In this document: positions 18,676 to 26,529 of the stretch, piece after piece
Layout of the letters: every line of letters starts with the position of its first letter
Position numbering within the stretch: position 1 is the first letter of the stretch
Assembly (NCBI GenBank): GCA_964591635.1
Contig: CAZQBA010000003.1
Location: 1 to 39,704 of the forward strand
DNA length: 39,704 nt
Direction: 5' to 3'
Source: an uncultured Gammaproteobacteria bacterium
Lineage (GTDB): Bacteria; Patescibacteriota; Patescibacteriia; 2-12-FULL-57-11
Position numbers and translations under genes: made by a program
Notes under the pieces: generated by a model
Told to the model about the DNA's origin: nothing
The model's input: only the letters and a program-made list of their open reading frames with translations
Databases searched by the model: none

Positions 18676-19416
18676 TTATGCTGCGGGTGTTTCAGGAACC
18701 TGAGGAACAGTTACTTCGGCAATAGGCGCTTCCATGACTGCTGCTTCCGGAGCTGGAGTCGGTTCAACGTCAGCCGCCGGAGTTGTAGCTTCTACAAACA
18801 CGAGCGGACCATCGGCTTCAATGGAAACCATGGTGCCGCGGGCGCCCGGAATGGCACCTTTGACCACCAATTCATTCTGTTCGGTGTCCACGGCGATCAC
18901 TTCCAGCCCATGGACCGTGACCTGTTCGCCGCCCATGCGGCCAGCCATGCGCTTACCGGGAGCAACCGGACCTTGGCGCTTGGAACCAATCGAACCGGGC
19001 ATGCGGAGCTGGTCTTTATGGCCGTGCGACGCGGGGTGACCGCGGAAGCCGTGGCGCTTGACCACACCTTGGAACCCTTGACCTTTAGAAACACCGCGAA
19101 CCGTAACCATTTCGCCCGGCGTAAAAGTGGTGAGCGCAATTTCCTTACCAGGCGTGGCACCAGCCACGTCATCAGCCCGAAATTCCTGGAAGTGCGCGAA
19201 GCTGCGGCCCAAGGCCTTGGTATGCCCGACCTGCGGCTTGGCAATGTGGCGCTTGGAACCAACGCCGATTTGGATGGCGCTGTACCCATCCCGTTCCGGG
19301 GTGCGGACTTGGGTGACCGTGCACGGGGCAACCGAAATACGGGTGACCGGCACGACCGAACCGTCATCGCGGAAACGCTGGGTCATTTCAATTTTCTTTC
19401 CAAGGAGGAATTTCAT
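18676..19416 (-). CDS. rplC: 50S ribosomal protein L3 (Pro/Ala/Glu-rich C-terminal tail)
   Basis: MKFLLGKKIEMTQRFRDDGSVVPVTRISV...GFQGVVKRHGFRG...SHGHKDQLRMPGSIG. The start is set at the ATG at 19416. The 22 upstream codons of the track ORF begin at a non-ATG codon and are not L3-like. Confidence 0.93.
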   Translation of the reverse strand: MKFLLGKKIEMTQRFRDDGSVVPVTRISVAPCTVTQVRTPERDGYSAIQIGVGSKRHIAKPQVGHTKALGRSFAHFQEFRADDVAGATPGKEIALTTFTPGEMVTVRGVSKGQGFQGVVKRHGFRGHPASHGHKDQLRMPGSIGSKRQGPVAPGKRMAGRMGGEQVTVHGLEVIAVDTEQNELVVKGAIPGARGTMVSIEADGPLVFVEATTPAADVEPTPAPEAAVMEAPIAEVTVPQVPETPAA

Positions 19417-19721
19417 AACTCTGGCAGATCCCTCCGCCCCAAGGCGGGCAGCAGGGTAAACAAAAACCAGAAGTCCATACACAATCGCCCGGGTGGGATT
19501 CTGTAGGCACTTCTAGTCGCTCGACCTTCACACAAGGCGGGCGGATGCAGTGTCAATGAGAGGGCGGGATTTCTTGCCTGGTGACAAATCGCTGCCGGGT
19601 CTGTCCCCTTTCGCTCCTTCTGGAGCTACGGAGGGACACCAACACAACAGGAATCGGGGCCAGGATAGTGGTCCGGACCTGAGCCTGAGGGGCGTTTCCC
19701 TCGGGACAGGTCCTGACCGGG
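19417..19721 (-). other. 305-nt GC-rich structured non-coding spacer splitting rpsJ from rplC; unidentified leader, attenuator or small RNA
   Basis: All other junctions in this operon are 4-10 nt. No convincing ORF. The spacer has a nested hairpin at about 19669-19720 (12-bp outer stem with one mismatch plus an 8-bp inner stem). It also has GCUCC-N4-GGAGC inside GUCCC/GGGAC (about 19601-19637) and CCGCC-N4-GGCGG (about 19434-19447). An 8-bp stem followed by UUUUUGUUU lies about 55 nt before the rplC ATG, and there is a perfect TTGACA at 19549-19554. Confidence 0.5.
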
Positions 19722-20072
19722 TTACATCTTGATTTCAACGTCGACGCCAGCCGGCAAGTTCAGGTTCATAAGGGCGTCGATGGTGCGGGGCGTGGGGTCC
19801 ACAATATCGATCAACCGCTTGCTCGTCCGCATTTCGTACTGTTCGCGGCTATCTTTGTGGACAAAGGTCGAACGGTTCACCGTGAACTTCTTCTTTTCCG
19901 TGGGCAACGGGATGGGGCCGATGACCGTGGCGCCCGAGCGCTGGGCCGTTTCAATGATCGTCCGGACCGACTGATCAATGATCTTGTGGTCGTAGGCCCG
20001 AACCTTGATGCGGATGCGCTGCTTTTCATCCTCCTTGGCCTTGGCCGCTGGTTTTTTTGTTGCCACGTTCAT
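19722..20072 (-). CDS. rpsJ: 30S ribosomal protein S10 (short Lys/Ala-rich N-terminal extension)
   Basis: [73 protein letters not shown]. The start is trimmed to the ATG at 20072, because the track ORF overlaps the tuf 3' end. Confidence 0.93.
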   Translation of the reverse strand: MNVATKKPAAKAKEDEKQRIRIKVRAYDHKIIDQSVRTIIETAQRSGATVIGPIPLPTEKKKFTVNRSTFVHKDSREQYEMRTSKRLIDIVDPTPRTIDALMNLNLPAGVDVEIKM

Positions 20073-20086
20073 GGGAGAGTCGGGAA

Positions 20087-20118
20087 GCGCCCTGGCCGGA
20101 AGACCCGAGCCAGGGCGC
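20087..20118 (-). promoter_or_regulatory. Perfect 10-bp GC-rich hairpin in the 55-nt tuf-rpsJ spacer
   Basis: GCGCCCUGGC-12 nt-GCCAGGGCGC. No U-tract follows (UUCCCGAC), so it is not a canonical terminator. It could be a processing or stability element or a weak attenuator. Confidence 0.45.
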
Positions 20119-20127
20119 AGTGGGATG

Positions 20128-21318
20128 TTATTTGACGATCTTCGTAACGACACCGGCGCCGACCGTACGGCCGCCTTCGCGGATGGCGAAACGGGTCTTT
20201 TCTTCCAAAGCCACCGGAGCAATCAGTTTGACGCCCATAGTGATGGTGTCGCCCGGCATGACCATTTCCGTCCCAGACGGCAGGGCGATTTCGCCCGTGA
20301 CGTCGGTGGTGCGGATGTAGAATTGCGGCTTGTAGCCATTGAAGAACGGCTTGTGGCGGCCACCTTCTTCCTTGGTCAAGGTATAGACCTCGGCCTCGAA
20401 TTCGGTGTGCGGCTTCACGGAGCCGGTCTTGGCCAAGACCATACCGCGCTCCACTTCGTCCTTCTTGGTACCGCGCAGGAGCAAACCGGCGTTGTCGCCA
20501 GCCCGGCCTTCGTCCAACTGCTTGTTGAACATTTCCACGCCGGTCACCACCGTTTTTGTGGTGTCGCGGAAGCCGACCAATTCGACTTCTTCGTTGACCT
20601 TGATGATACCGCGATCGATACGGCCGGTGACCACCGTGCCGCGGCCTTCAATGGAGAAGACGTCTTCAATCGGCATGAGGAACGGCTTGTCGGTGTCGCG
20701 GACCGGTTCCGGGATGTATTCATCCAGGGTCTTCAGGAGTTCCAAGATGGGTTTGGCAGCTTCGGCATCGCCCGGGTTCTGGAGGGCCTTCAAGGCCGAA
20801 CCGCGGATGATGGGGGTGGTGTCGCCCGGGAATTCATACTTCTTGAGCAAATCGCGGACTTCTTCTTCCACCAAGTCAATCAGTTCCTTGTCATCCACCA
20901 TGTCCACCTTGTTGAGGAAGACGACAATGGACGGCACGCCGACCTGGCGGGCCAAAAGGATGTGTTCGCGGGTCTGGGGCATGGGACCGTCTGCAGCGGA
21001 CACGACCAGGATAGCACCGTCCATCTGGGCTGCACCGGTGATCATGTTCTTCACGTAGTCGGCGTGGCCCGGGCAGTCGACGTGCGCGTAGTGGCGCTTT
21101 TCCGACTCGTACTCACAGTGGGCCGTGGCAATGGTAATACCGCGGGCGCGGGATTCCGGTGCCTTGTCCAAATCTTCGACGCCCTTTTTCTGGGCGGTCA
21201 TGCCATTGGCACCCAAGACCGACAAAATAGCGGCGGTGAGTGTGGTCTTCCCGTGGTCAACGTGGCCAATAGTGCCGACGTTCACGTGGGGTTTGGAGCG
21301 ATCAAATTTCTCTGCCAT
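20128..21318 (-). CDS. tuf: Elongation factor Tu
   Basis: 396 aa. [38 protein letters not shown] and the rest are near-canonical EF-Tu. Confidence 0.98.
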   Translation of the reverse strand: MAEKFDRSKPHVNVGTIGHVDHGKTTLTAAILSVLGANGMTAQKKGVEDLDKAPESRARGITIATAHCEYESEKRHYAHVDCPGHADYVKNMITGAAQMDGAILVVSAADGPMPQTREHILLARQVGVPSIVVFLNKVDMVDDKELIDLVEEEVRDLLKKYEFPGDTTPIIRGSALKALQNPGDAEAAKPILELLKTLDEYIPEPVRDTDKPFLMPIEDVFSIEGRGTVVTGRIDRGIIKVNEEVELVGFRDTTKTVVTGVEMFNKQLDEGRAGDNAGLLLRGTKKDEVERGMVLAKTGSVKPHTEFEAEVYTLTKEEGGRHKPFFNGYKPQFYIRTTDVTGEIALPSGTEMVMPGDTITMGVKLIAPVALEEKTRFAIREGGRTVGAGVVTKIVK

Positions 21319-21391
21319 AGGTCGTTCTTGGATCCGCCGAAGGTGCGGCGCGACTTAAGGAATGAATGGATTTAAAAGGTAAAGCGCAAAG

Positions 21392-21420
21392 AATATAGCA
21401 TGGCTTCGGAATTCCTGCAA
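21392..21420 (-). promoter_or_regulatory. Sigma70-like promoter candidate for tuf
   Basis: Minus strand reads TTGCAG-17 nt-TATATT in the 124-nt gap upstream of tuf, in a locally AT-rich stretch. Confidence 0.45.
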
Positions 21421-21442
21421 GCCCCGCTGTCAAGCCTGGAAA

Positions 21443-21748
21443 CTACTCGATCGGCTCCAGGTAGAAGCGGTCTTCTTCGGCACTTGCAGGCTCCCCTGCC
21501 CCCGCCATATTTCCCTTATTTTTTGGGGAAATCGGGGTGGGTTCGGCCCAGACCGGCTCTGGCCAAGAAGGCTCCGGTGGGGCGGCGGGCAGAGGCACGG
21601 CCGGTGAGCCGGTTTTCCCCACCAGGCGCTCATAGGCCGAAAGCGGTAGGAGGACGAGCGGTTCCGGCAGACTGGGGTCAAAGACGATGTGGCGCTCCCC
21701 GGTGTGGGCGACCAGGGCGAGCAATCGTGCAAGGACAGCTGGCTGCAT
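21443..21748 (-). CDS. Orphan 101-aa protein translationally coupled to fusA; N-terminus faintly Phd/YefM-antitoxin-like, Pro-rich middle, acidic C-terminus
   Basis: The ATG at 21748 lies 1 nt after the fusA TAG (TAGTATG). The sequence is MQPAVLARLLALVAHTGERHIVFDPSLPEPLVLLPLSAYERLV, then a PxP-rich linker, then EEDRFYLEPIE. Two other frames are also open here because of high GC, so the coding call is moderate. Confidence 0.5.
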   Translation of the reverse strand: MQPAVLARLLALVAHTGERHIVFDPSLPEPLVLLPLSAYERLVGKTGSPAVPLPAAPPEPSWPEPVWAEPTPISPKNKGNMAGAGEPASAEEDRFYLEPIE

Positions 21749-21749
21749 A

Positions 21750-23843
21750 CTAGCGACGGGAGACGCCAGCCCGGGATTCGATGATCCCTTGGGCCACGTT
21801 TGGCGGGATCGGTTCGTAGCTGGCGAATTCCATGGAGTAGCTGGCCCGGCCTTGCGACATGGAGCGCAACTGGGTGGCGTAGCCGAACAGTTCCGCGAGC
21901 GGCACCTTGGCGGTGATCACTTTGAGTCCGCCGGTGCGATCCGTCATTTCCTGAATTTGACCGCGCTTGGAGTTGAGGTCGCCGATCACTTCTCCCATGA
22001 AATTTTCCGGGGTGATGACTTCCACATTGAAGACCGGTTCAAGCATGATCGGTCCGGCTTTCTTAACGGCTTCCTGCAGCGCGAACGATCCGGCCATTTT
22101 GAAGGCCGCTTCCGAAGAGTCGACGTCGTGGTACGAACCGTCGTAGACCACGGCCTTGACGTCGACGAGCGGGTAGCCGGCCAGAACGCCGCGTTCACAG
22201 GCTTCTTTAGCACCCTTTTCAATCGGACCAATAAATTCGCGCGGAATGACGCCACCCTTGATGTCGTCTTCGAATTCGAAGCCCTCGCCCCGATTGCGCG
22301 GTTCAACGCGAAGCCAGCAGTGGCCATATTGGCCGTGACCGCCGGTTTGGCGGATGTACTTGCCTTCACCTTCGGCTGATTTGGTAATGGCTTCTTTGTA
22401 GGAGACCTGCGGCTTCCCCACGTTTGCTTCCACCTTGAACTCGCGCTTCATGCGGTCCACGATGATGTCCAAGTGCAGTTCGCCCATGCCGGCGATGATG
22501 GTCTGCAACGTGTCTTCGTCGGTGCGGACTCGGAAGGTGGGGTCTTCTTCGGCAAGTTTTTGCAAAGCCACGCCCATCTTTTCCTGGTCGGCCTTGGTTT
22601 TGGGCTCAATGGCGAGCTGGATCACCGGTTCCGGGAAGGTGATACGTTCCAAAAGAATCGGCTGGTCTTCATCGGACAGGGTGTGTCCAGTGAAGGTTCC
22701 CTTCAAACCCACGGCCGCGGCAATGTCGCCAGCAAACACTTCATCCACGTCTTCGCGGGTGTTGGCATGCAGACGGACGATACGGCTAATGCGTTCGCGT
22801 TCGCCGGTGGAGGTATTGAGGACATAGGAACCGGACGAAAGATGCCCGGAATAGACCCGGAAAAAGCAGAGCTTCCCGACAAACGGGTCAGCCGCCACTT
22901 TGAAGGCCAGCGCTGTGAACGGTTCGGTGTCTGAGGCGTGGCGCTCCACGATTTTTTCGAGGTCATCCGGATCCGTACCTTTGACCGGCGGCACATCCAA
23001 GGGACTCGGCAGGTACTCTACAATGGCATCCAACATGTGCTGCACACCCTTGTTCTTCAAGGCGCTGCCGCACAAAATCGGCACGATTTCAAAGGCGATC
23101 GTTTGCTTGCGCATCAATTCCTTGAGCTTGGCGAGCGGCACTTCTTTGCCGGCCAGGTAATCGGTCATGGCGGCTTCGTCGGATTCCACCAGCTTTTCAA
23201 TGAGGGCGGCCCGGTAGGTTTCAACCTTCTCCTTCATGTCCTCTGGCACCGGCTCTTCGCGCACGTCCTTGCCCATGTCATCCATGAAGACAAACGAGGT
23301 GCGGGTCAGCAGGTCCACGATTCCCTTGAAGTTGTCTTCGGTGCCAATCGGTAGCTGCACCGGGTAGGCGTTCTTGGTGAGCCGGGTGTGGATGCTCTCC
23401 ACGTCTTTGTAAAAATCAGCTCCGGTGCGGTCCAGTTTGTTAATGAAGCACAGGCGCGGCACTTTGTATTCGTCGGCATAGCGCCAGTTGGTTTCCGACT
23501 GCGGTTCCACACCAGCCACGCCGTCAAAAATAACAACGGCGCCATCCAACACGCGCAACGAGCGCTTCACTTCGACCGTGAAGTCGATGTGGCCCGGCGT
23601 GTCGATCAAGTTCATGCGGTTTCCCTTCCAGAAGCAGGTGGTAGCAGCCGCGGTAATGGTGATACCGCGTTCCTGTTCTTGTTCCATCCAGTCCATGGTG
23701 GCTTCGCCTTCGTGCACTTCGCCAATCTTGTGCTTCTTACCGGTGTAATACAGCACGCGCTCGGAGACCGTGGTCTTCCCGGCGTCAATGTGGGCGATAA
23801 TGCCGAAATTCCGAGTGTTTTCTAACGAATATTCGCGCGGCAT
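21750..23843 (-). CDS. fusA: Elongation factor G
   Basis: 697 aa. [36 protein letters not shown] and [10 protein letters not shown]. An AGGAG lies 8-12 nt upstream of the ATG. Confidence 0.98.
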   Translation of the reverse strand: MPREYSLENTRNFGIIAHIDAGKTTVSERVLYYTGKKHKIGEVHEGEATMDWMEQEQERGITITAAATTCFWKGNRMNLIDTPGHIDFTVEVKRSLRVLDGAVVIFDGVAGVEPQSETNWRYADEYKVPRLCFINKLDRTGADFYKDVESIHTRLTKNAYPVQLPIGTEDNFKGIVDLLTRTSFVFMDDMGKDVREEPVPEDMKEKVETYRAALIEKLVESDEAAMTDYLAGKEVPLAKLKELMRKQTIAFEIVPILCGSALKNKGVQHMLDAIVEYLPSPLDVPPVKGTDPDDLEKIVERHASDTEPFTALAFKVAADPFVGKLCFFRVYSGHLSSGSYVLNTSTGERERISRIVRLHANTREDVDEVFAGDIAAAVGLKGTFTGHTLSDEDQPILLERITFPEPVIQLAIEPKTKADQEKMGVALQKLAEEDPTFRVRTDEDTLQTIIAGMGELHLDIIVDRMKREFKVEANVGKPQVSYKEAITKSAEGEGKYIRQTGGHGQYGHCWLRVEPRNRGEGFEFEDDIKGGVIPREFIGPIEKGAKEACERGVLAGYPLVDVKAVVYDGSYHDVDSSEAAFKMAGSFALQEAVKKAGPIMLEPVFNVEVITPENFMGEVIGDLNSKRGQIQEMTDRTGGLKVITAKVPLAELFGYATQLRSMSQGRASYSMEFASYEPIPPNVAQGIIESRAGVSRR

Positions 23844-23864
23844 ACAGGTACTCCTAAGCTGAAA

Positions 23865-24332
23865 TTACCGAGCAAAATGAGCAAACGCTCGATTGGCTTC
23901 GGCCATTCGTTGAACGTCCATGCGCTTTTTGACGGCCGTGCCTTCTCCTTTGGCGGCTTCCATGATTTCGGCAGCCAACTTTTCCGCCATCGGCTTGCCT
24001 TTGCGGCTGTTGGCCGCGCCAATCATCCAGCGGAAGGCCAAGGCCACACGGCGTTCGCCACGGACCGGAGTGGGGATCTGGTAGTTGGCGCCGCCCACGC
24101 GGCGGCTCACGACTTCCACTTGCGGCGTAACGTTCTTCATGGCCGTTTCAAAGACGACGATGGGGTCGTCCTTGGTTTTTTCGGCAACAATGCTGAGGGC
24201 GCCATAGACCACTTTTTGGGCCGTGGCCTTCTTGCCCCGCTTCATCACGGAGTTCACGAGTTTGGCAACCACAGCAGACCCGAATTTCGGGTCCGGAACG
24301 ATTTGGCGTTTAGGTGCAGCTTTCCCGCGCAT
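23865..24332 (-). CDS. rpsG: 30S ribosomal protein S7
   Basis: PDPKFGSAVVAKLVNSVMKRGKKATAQKVVY...EVVSRRVGGANYQIPTPV...NRAFAHFAR. Confidence 0.95.
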   Translation of the reverse strand: MRGKAAPKRQIVPDPKFGSAVVAKLVNSVMKRGKKATAQKVVYGALSIVAEKTKDDPIVVFETAMKNVTPQVEVVSRRVGGANYQIPTPVRGERRVALAFRWMIGAANSRKGKPMAEKLAAEIMEAAKGEGTAVKKRMDVQRMAEANRAFAHFAR

Positions 24333-24337
24333 AGCAA

Positions 24338-24763
24338 TTAGCCTTTACTCTTTGGTTTCTTATTCCCGTACAACGAACGGCCTTTGCGGCGCGATTCCAC
24401 GCCCTGGGTGTCATACACGCCGCGGACAATATGGTAGCGCACACCCGGAAGATCCTTCACGCGGCCGCCGCGGATCATGACGATGGAGTGTTCCTGCAGG
24501 TTATGGCCTTCTCCCGGAATGTAGGCCGTGACTTCCATGCCGTTGGAGAGACGGACACGGGCGATTTTGCGCAAAGCCGAGTTCGGCTTTTTGGGGGTCA
24601 TGGTGGTGACCTTCACGCACACGCCGCGCTTAAAAGGCGAGCCTTTGCTCAAAAAGCTGCGCTTGCGGCGGATGGTGTCCAAGACCGACTGGAGGGCCGG
24701 TGACTTGGTCTTTTTGGCCGTCACCGTACGGCGGTGGCGGACCAGCTGGTTGATAGTAGGCAT
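24338..24763 (-). CDS. rpsL: 30S ribosomal protein S12 (long form with the insertion before KRGVC)
   Basis: [10 protein letters not shown]...[71 protein letters not shown]. The start is trimmed to the ATG at 24763. Confidence 0.95.
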   Translation of the reverse strand: MPTINQLVRHRRTVTAKKTKSPALQSVLDTIRRKRSFLSKGSPFKRGVCVKVTTMTPKKPNSALRKIARVRLSNGMEVTAYIPGEGHNLQEHSIVMIRGGRVKDLPGVRYHIVRGVYDTQGVESRRKGRSLYGNKKPKSKG

Positions 24764-24854
24764 TTCGGGGTAAAAAAAAGACTGAATGTTCGGGAATGGA
24801 TTGTCCTCCGGCAGCCAGCCATAACCGCGGAAGGGGTCTCCAGAATGCGCGGGT

Positions 24855-24883
24855 AAGCTATCACGGGGCGAAAAAGTGGTCAA
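24855..24883 (-). promoter_or_regulatory. Sigma70-like promoter candidate for the str operon (rpsL)
   Basis: Minus strand reads TTGACC-17 nt-TAGCTT, which would give a roughly 90-nt leader ending in a U8 run just before the rpsL ATG. Confidence 0.35.
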
Positions 24884-24889
24884 TATGGC

Positions 24890-25570
24890 TCAATAGATGC
24901 CGACGTCTATGCGCAACAGTGGGAAAAAGATGAGTCGGTAGAGCGTAGAAAAGAAGATGCCAAAAATCGAAATGCCGAAGAGCACCTGGAGCATCATGAT
25001 GCCGATCAGGATAAGCGGGCCGCGCGTTTCCAAGAACAACCGCTTGGCCGCATGTTGCGGGGCGGAGAGCGCATCGAGGAGGAGTTTGGAACCGTCGAGC
25101 GGCGGCAGGGGCAGCAGGTTAAACAAGCACAGCCCGGTGTTGATGAGGAAGTAATACCCAAGAAAAGCAATGAGCGGGCTTTCCATGGGGAAACCGGAGG
25201 CCAGCGTAGCTCGCAAGGCAAACGCCGCAACGGTTGCTTGGATGAAGTTGGAGAGTGGGCCAGACAAGGCCACCAAGGTCGGCCCCCACTTTTTGACGCG
25301 CAGGTTGTGCGGATTGAATGGAACGGGCTTGGCCCAACCAAATCCGGCCACGACCGCCAAGAGGAGACCCATGGGATCGACATGGACCATTGGGTTTAAA
25401 GACAACCGTCCTTCACTTTTGGCCGTCCCATCCCCAAGCAGCGTGGCCATGAGCGCGTGGGCGAATTCGTGGAGCGACAAGGCCAGGACGATGGCGGCGA
25501 GCCACAGTAAGATGGTGAATGGCTGGGTGAAATCCAGGTAGTTCGGAACTGCGACTTGGAGATATGGCAT
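24890..25570 (-). CDS. Site-2 protease family (peptidase M50) membrane metalloprotease
   Basis: 226 aa, polytopic. HEFAHALMA (HExxH within a TM segment), LSLNPMVHVDPMG, and LLPLPPLDGSKLL (the second metal-ligand Asp motif). Confidence 0.85.
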   Translation of the reverse strand: MPYLQVAVPNYLDFTQPFTILLWLAAIVLALSLHEFAHALMATLLGDGTAKSEGRLSLNPMVHVDPMGLLLAVVAGFGWAKPVPFNPHNLRVKKWGPTLVALSGPLSNFIQATVAAFALRATLASGFPMESPLIAFLGYYFLINTGLCLFNLLPLPPLDGSKLLLDALSAPQHAAKRLFLETRGPLILIGIMMLQVLFGISIFGIFFSTLYRLIFFPLLRIDVGIY

Positions 25571-25575
25571 GGGGG

Positions 25576-25604
25576 TTGCTCAAAACGCAGGTCTATGGTA
25601 GCAT
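25576..25604 (+). promoter_or_regulatory. Sigma70-like promoter candidate for rpmB
   Basis: TTGCTC-17 nt-TAGCAT, ending 24 nt before the rpmB ATG, in the divergent gap shared with the M50 gene. Confidence 0.4.
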
Positions 25605-25628
25605 ACCGCCGCTTTCTTCTATACCCAT

Positions 25629-25808
25629 ATGCGTATCTGCGATACATGTGGACGCGGTCCCACCACAAGTGCGACCCGGAGCCACTCCAACATCAAGACC
25701 AAGCACGTGCGCCACGTGAACCTGCAAACCAAGCACTTTGCCGGCAAGACCCTTAAAGTCTGCACCAAGTGCCTGAAGACCCAGGCCAAGGCCATGCGTA
25801 CGGCCTAA
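25629..25808 (+). CDS. rpmB: 50S ribosomal protein L28 (59 aa, below the ORF-track threshold)
   Basis: My translation is MRICDTCGRGPTTSATRSHSNIKTKHVRHVNLQTKHFAGKTLKVCTKCLKTQAKAMRTA*. The C..CG...G...SHS...K..F.PNLQ...VC..CL pattern is L28. It is the only plus-strand gene in the window. Confidence 0.85.
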   Translation: MRICDTCGRGPTTSATRSHSNIKTKHVRHVNLQTKHFAGKTLKVCTKCLKTQAKAMRTA

Positions 25809-25866
25809 AAGAAAAATCCGCCCCTCTATTCCATCAACAAAATGGAGAGCGGGGCGGATTTTTTAT
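25809..25866. terminator. Bidirectional intrinsic terminator between the convergent rpmB and the 155-aa gene
   Basis: CCGCCCC (25818-25824) pairs with GGGGCGG (25851-25857), plus 3 further bp after a 2-nt bulge. An A-run lies on the left and a T-run on the right, so both transcripts end in a stem followed by a U-tract. Confidence 0.55.
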
Positions 25867-26330
25867 TGCGCGGGAGTAAGGAGGAACCAGCCAACGGGCA
25901 TGCGCCAGCCAAAGAAGAGCTGGATGGACATGCGGCCCAAGAGCGAACCGTCGGGACGGCGGACCACTTCGTCTATGACCCGGCGGACAAACCAGCTGTT
26001 GGCCGGTTGGTCATACGAAATTTCGATGTTGGTGCCGACGGCGCGGAAGGTGAATGGATAGCGGGTCTCCCCTGCCCAGCGGTTCACTCCAGTACCGCCT
26101 GCCATAAATTGCTTACCTTGCCACTTGCTGGGGATAGCTGGGGCCAGCAGCACACCATCATACACACCGGTGAGCGTACCGGGGGCAGTGCCTTGTTCAA
26201 ATTCTTTTCCGTATTGCCAGGCCACGGGATGGACGTTCAAAAAAACGTATAAGAGGACAAAAAGCAGGGCAATGATCCCAATGACCATGCTGAGGAAACG
26301 ACCGACTTGCCGGAACACACCAAGCTGCAT
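25863..26330 (-). CDS. Hypothetical N-terminally membrane-anchored protein (weak GXWXG/DUF4334-like pattern)
   Basis: 155 aa with one N-terminal TM segment (FLSMVIGIIALLFVLLYVFL). SKWQGKQF...GTGVNRW... and VRRVIDEVVRRPDGSLLGRM recall the GXWXG/DUF4334 family. This is from memory only. Confidence 0.5.
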   Translation of the reverse strand: MQLGVFRQVGRFLSMVIGIIALLFVLLYVFLNVHPVAWQYGKEFEQGTAPGTLTGVYDGVLLAPAIPSKWQGKQFMAGGTGVNRWAGETRYPFTFRAVGTNIEISYDQPANSWFVRRVIDEVVRRPDGSLLGRMSIQLFFGWRMPVGWFLLTPAQ

Positions 26331-26356
26331 GGCTCTATTGTACCAGAAAATCTATG

Positions 26357-26429
26357 TCGGGCTAGCGGGACTCGAACCCGCGGCCTCTTGCACCCCATGC
26401 AAGCGCGCTACCAACTGCGCTATAGCCCG
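26357..26429 (-). tRNA. tRNA-Pro (anticodon GGG), 73 nt, CCA not encoded
   Basis: I folded the reverse complement by hand into a cloverleaf. Acceptor CGGGCUA/UAGCCCG, D-stem GCGC/GCGC, anticodon stem CUUGC/GCAAG, loop AUGGGGU, T-arm GCGGG-UUCGAGU-CCCGC, G37, discriminator A. Confidence 0.93.
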
Positions 26430-26458
26430 ACGCAGACTTCCTTTCTTTGAGCGACGGC

Positions 26459-26487
26459 AATGTAGCAGTGCGGACAGACTTCTTCAA
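26459..26487 (-). promoter_or_regulatory. Sigma70-like promoter candidate for tRNA-Pro
   Basis: Minus strand reads TTGAAG-17 nt-TACATT, about 30 nt upstream of the mature tRNA 5' end. Confidence 0.4.
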
Positions 26488-26489
26488 GG

Positions 26490-26529
26490 GCAAAGAAAAA
26501 AGGCGCCCCCACTGTGGGAACACCTACGC
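26490..26529 (-). terminator. Weak terminator-like element after purB
   Basis: An imperfect GC hairpin (GGCG...CCC-ACAGU-GGG..CGCC) is followed by UUUUUUCUUUG. The stem has a 6-nt bulge, so confidence is low. Confidence 0.3.

Noticed and set aside
19413-19478. 21-codon upstream ORF (MDFWFLFTLLPALGRRDLPEL) whose TGA overlaps the rplC ATG (ATGA)
   Set aside because: It has no SD or other start context, and it lies within predicted RNA structure. It could be a leader peptide, but the sequence alone gives no support.
19660-19721. SRP (4.5S) RNA-like word UCAGGUCCGGA on the minus strand of the rpsJ-rplC spacer
   Set aside because: The match stops after 11 nt. There is no GGAA tetraloop or AGCA symmetric-loop partner. 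GGUCCGGACC is simply self-complementary and forms part of the hairpin.
20005-21375. 456-aa plus-strand ORF spanning the whole tuf locus
   Set aside because: It is the mirror frame of a near-canonical EF-Tu gene. The translation is Arg/Ala/Gly/Val-rich with no motifs. Long antisense ORFs are expected at this GC content.
21400-21753. Alternative frames (21400-21753 plus strand; 21430-21732 minus strand) competing with the 101-aa ORF
   Set aside because: Neither is positioned relative to a stop or start of a neighbour. The chosen frame is the one coupled to the fusA stop and has a structured-looking N-terminus. Uncertainty is reflected in its confidence score.
24650-24710. About 15-residue insertion in S12 between SPAL and KRGVC relative to E. 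coli
   Set aside because: As I recall the Bacillus subtilis sequence, a comparable long form is normal in Firmicutes-type S12. It is not novel.
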